This document shows, in pieces, positions 59,101-64,000 of a stretch of 64,000 bases of DNA. The stretch spans positions 248,001 through 312,000 of the forward strand of contig JBEUKZ010000125.1 of assembly GCA_048128005.1 (NCBI GenBank), written 5' to 3'. Under the pieces are notes generated by a model, which was not told the origin of the DNA, did no database searches, and saw nothing but the letters and a program-made list of their open reading frames with translations. This DNA comes from Veleropilina oligotropha (taxonomy: Eukaryota). The translations under genes and the position numbers were made by a program. The stretch's first letter is position 1. Every line of letters starts with the position of its first letter.

Positions 59101-60239
59101 TGCCAATGCGAAACGCAGTCTTTTCATTATCCTCCTCCCTAACTGGAACTTGATGGAAACCTTGTGCCAAATCGTGACTGCAGAAGTATGAAGCTCCATT
59201 GAGGACATCAAACGTTTCTTCGATTCTCGGTAACGGGTATGCATCCTTGCCACACGAACTTCAAGTCCAATGCCCGATAATCGCAGCACAGTCTCACTTT
59301 TCCATCTTTCTTCCGTACCATAACTACGGGAGATGCATAGGAATTCGAAGATTATCTGATAATCTCTGAATCCAGCAATCTTTCCAAGTATTCCCGCACT
59401 TCTGTCCGTTGGTGAGATTGAAATCGTCGATGGGGAATTCTAACTGGATTGTCATCTTATGTGATAATTCTGTGTTCTACGGCTTCGCAGAAGCCGATAA
59501 CATATTCAGACTTGCTGAACATTTCTTCATGCTTCGATAGGAGATCTAATAGTGTTCTTCTCTGATCGGAATCGAACTTTTCTCCAACGTCTAGATCACG
59601 TAATAATTCCTGTCCTCGCCCGATTGAACTTTGTCTCTGCTCAGTGTGAGCTTCAACAAAAACGATATCATTGTATTCTCGCTTAGCTAGATGGAGAATC
59701 CCAATAGGTGTTCTGGGATTTATATAAACGTCTCTGTCGGAGAAGTTAGTTACATGCAACATAATCCTTCCACGTCGATCCACAGTGACCAACGATGGTC
59801 CAAGACGAAGATAAGTCTGCAAAGTTGTCATGGAAGCACCTAGTTCTTCCACTAAGGCAGTGAATTGGTTCGCATCAGAGGGTCACACGGATCTCTCTAT
59901 CACCTTCATCGACCATGCAGGAACCATAACTGGTTTCTTACTCGCCACACGAACTCTGCAACTTTTCGTCGATGCCGTCTGTGCTCGAGCTTCTTCGTAC
60001 AGAGCCAGCACCGTCTTCCACTTCACATCTTTTTTTAATTTTATTTTGTATTTATTTATACAAAGTCAACAGGTACAAGACCCAATAAGAGACTAGGATT
60101 AAACACTATTTACATAAACACAAAGATGATTTAAATATAAATAAACATTAAAAACTAATAATTAAATAAAATATACATTCACATATATCAATTAAAATAA
60201 AATACAGGTATATCACAGACATAATTTTAAATGTATACA

Positions 60240-60434
<195 letters not shown>

Positions 60435-60824
60435 TAAAAGCAGTAACCACATGTGAATAGTAAATAAAAAGGCATATATGGCGATTTATAATAACTTGAT
60501 AACTGCTTCAATATGTTATGTCTAAATACATATTTAAAGCTAAAAATGTCTATGCTGTCATGTTTACAGATATTGTTAAAATCAGTTTGAACTCTTATAA
60601 AATATGAATATTTCCTAACATTTATTCGGCAACGTGGGGGTAAAAATACAGATTGATTTCTTAAATGTCTAGTAGGTGCATAAAAGTTTACCTGGGATAA
60701 ACGATAAGAGCTATATATGAAATCTACAATTTAAAATCGAATGTAAAAATGTAAAATCCAACAGTTTTCTTCTACTTTCTAAAGTTGGTAGGGTAAAAAC
60801 ACTACATGCTTCAATATATGTGAA

Positions 60825-61712
60825 GGAGATAGGCCGAAAAGTGTCCATTATGTCAGATAATAGACAGTTCGAGGCGTGTTAGCGCCGAGAACTGTCTATT
60901 TCTGATATAATGGACACTTTGAGGCGTATTTCCGACTTAAATCACTGCTTCCCTATTGTCTTCATATTGAATACGTCTCTGTTTCCTAATTTGTCATATC
61001 AATGGACAACATCAGCAGACAGTCTTTGTTATTTCTAATTAGGCAAACATGCAGGATAATTCTGACAATGCTGAAAAAGCATGCTGCACGTTGATGTTCA
61101 TTTCTAAATGTTGTCAACATTCACCAACAGTTGTTTGGATATCATAGCGGTGTAAACCTCCGGTCTCAGTTATAAAAGGTAAGATATTTAAAATAGCAAA
61201 TTTTAATTTGTATTGAATATTGGTGGTATTTATGTTATATATACTGTTTTAGACTATCACCAACAGCTGAAAACTGACAAAACTATATGTTAGAGTATAA
61301 TTTTCACGGGGAATACAATATTTGTGTTTAGCTGCACGAATCATCCAAACGTTAATAATTAAATGTAACAAGAACGACGCGTTCGAAATATGTGTTGACC
61401 ATTCTTTATTTCCCTCAAATTTTCATAACAGTTAATACAATGGCTAAGTGCAAGTACTTCATGGCTTAATTTACTACCCCGTCGATTATGACGTCACCCA
61501 AATGACGATTAATCTAAAGCGACGTCATTGCTATTTGCTTGCAATATTAGACATCAGTTACATACGAATATGGATTAAAGTGCTCAATAAATGCATATTT
61601 TTGCAAAATTGTGTCGCGAAAGTTATATACACGACCTACAAATACTCTTGGGAATGTGTGTACCAATTTTGGTGAAAATTGAGCTGGTAGTTTTCAAATA
61701 AATCGACGGATT

Positions 61713-61778
<66 letters not shown>

Positions 61779-62443
61779 CACACGGACCATTTGATAATGT
61801 CTTGTCCTTTTTTACAAAAAGGTCAAGACATAAAAAAACACAGTTGCATAACGTTGACATGAATGATCGAGAACAGACTTTTATGGTGAACTAATTTTTA
61901 TCTATAAATGATACCTGGCCGATTTGCGGACGGTCAGAATCATTTCTGGAATTGGTATCCACCTAAACTTTGCTTGGTGAAACAGATATTTACTGATTTT
62001 GGATACTTGTTTTCGCTCTTTCTTTTATATTATTTATGTATATTTCAGCGTCCCATATCTGTAATGGATTATAATTTAAACCATGAAGATAATTTCGGGC
62101 ATCGGATGGACCTATGCGTTGGATTAATCACCCCAAATGGATGTACTCTCAATCTGGTAATAATGGAGCAATATGCATTTGATTTACAAGGTTTATTGGA
62201 TTATCATGATTATTCGCGTTCTTTTCGGAATTTGATATTTGATTATAAGAATTGTGTTTGATCAAATATGATCAAAACACGTTATACGAAATATTCATCT
62301 CCGTCGTCATCGTCAACATTATATGTGATATTTACGGTCGTATTTGGAGTATTAAAGGATATATCCAAGTTAAAATTCGTGATTGAAAGAAAGAATGGTA
62401 CCGATACCAACAACTCGTGATAAAGAAGAAATATTTCTTCGAA

Positions 62444-62541
<98 letters not shown>

Positions 62542-62935
62542 CGATAATATCGCATTGTAAAATATATTGTATTGTCATATTTATTTTAAACGTCTGCAAA
62601 CTGTATATTAGTGTCCATTAAACGCTTTGCAAAATGCCTTTTCGTTGTTGTTTTAGCTCATGTAAAAGTCAGTTGTTACCTTGCAGATCATTTGTATATT
62701 ATCCGAAATAATTGTCTATTTATAGTTGGCCACTGTCCATTATTACGCTGTCCAATATTAATCGTAATAATGGACACCTCACCGAAATAATGGACACCTC
62801 GTTGAAATAATGGCCACCTCGTTGAAATAATGGACAGTTGCCAAGTAATAATGGATAGTTTCTTCATGCCTGCAGGACATTATACCACATAATGGACGCA
62901 AAGAACAATAGATGCCGTCACAACTGTGATTTAAC
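60825..62935. mobile_element. Crypton-like non-autonomous insertion without TIRs (boundaries approximate)
   Basis: It splits the CR1 frame. It has a palindrome GTGTCCATTAT..CGAGGC..GCCGAG..ATAATGGACAC (60841-60917), an inverted TTAAATCAC/GTGATTTAA pair and ATAATGGAC repeats at the far end. Confidence 0.5.
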
Positions 62936-64000
62936 CTATATTAAAATAATCTAATCCCGTCTTATAACATAAAAATCTAATAAAACTTTTTTGCACTCTT
63001 TCTATTTTATTACAATGGGTTTTTGTATGTGGTTCCCAGACGACTTTACCAACCAAACATGTACTCATACTACGAAATACGTTGGATCCCAATACACCCG
63101 GAACTTCAGTATTCCTTAACTTCATAATACCATCATCCAGGTCTTTCGTAACCAGGAATCCCATCTTGTCGAACTGATGACCACAAACACTTAAATCTAG
63201 TTCCAGATAGCCCACAAAAGGTATATCTTTGCCATTACCTACTGATACCCGTATCAAATCACTGACATCTCTCAGCACACACCTTTCACGAAAATTCTCG
63301 TTGTAGAATCACTCCGTAATGGTAGATACCTGAGCTCCTGTGTCCAACAAACACTTGATGTCTACTCCGTGCAGCTTTGCAATAGCCTCTGAACATGTTC
63401 CAATTGCTTTCTCGAAGAACGAGCCATCAACGGTACCTGCAGTATGGCTCTCTACTGCAGGTATTTCTAGTTTAAATGTGATTCTTCTTTCTCTTCCCTC
63501 GCCTCTTTCGGACAGTCACGCCGTAAGTGTTGTAACGATCCGCAGTTCCAACATCTCTGTCATATTCCACTTTCCAAAGCTGAGATGTTTCTTCACCGAA
63601 GGTTCCTCTACCGGCTTCTTTAGAGCTGACAAGCGTTGATCGCTCTGACCCTGCTGTTGTGTAATAATATCCTCTTGACGCTTAATACATGCATTCAGAT
63701 CTGTGTGATTCTAGAACAGCAGCCGTCTTCATCAGCGCCACAGATGTAGGTTTACCAACCCACTGCAGGACTCGACCTCGGAACTCGAAGAATTTCAGTT
63801 CCGTTTTCTCGAGCAACCGTCGAAGTTCTCGCGCCACGCCTTCATCTTTAACTGAATTTTCAAATCGTCCCTTTAAGGCAGTTTCACGGGATGGTTTAAA
63901 CTAAGGATCCAACTCTGCGATGCGAACATGAAGCCCTACCAACTTCAGAGAAAAGGTCACCAAGTCTTCATTCGTTTGTGAGTAGGAGAAAAAGCGTTGT

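Overview
This is AT-rich, repeat-dense invertebrate animal DNA; a lophotrochozoan origin is an inference from repeat types only. Two intron-containing host genes lie head to head: JAZF1 (minus strand, 6 coding exons, 23911 to 4776) and mitochondrial ATP synthase subunit c, ATP5MC (plus strand, 5 coding exons, 27945 to 43948). The most notable element is a young DIRS1-type tyrosine-recombinase retrotransposon (12392-17282) in JAZF1 intron 4. It has identical 206-bp inverted terminal repeats, a perfect internal complementary region and intact overlapping RT/RNaseH/methyltransferase and recombinase frames, but most of gag is missing and it sits in a tandemly amplified SINE A-box. Other elements are a disrupted Kolobok-type transposon with nested MITEs, a decayed Gypsy element with a nested CR1 and a Crypton-like insert, L2, RTE and Ingi LINE remnants, tRNA/V-core SINEs, Helitron/Helentron-like elements, a solo LTR and many MITEs. 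Two long inverted repeats carry Penelope-type hammerhead-like cores in their loops. All family assignments come from motifs read by eye; no database search was run.
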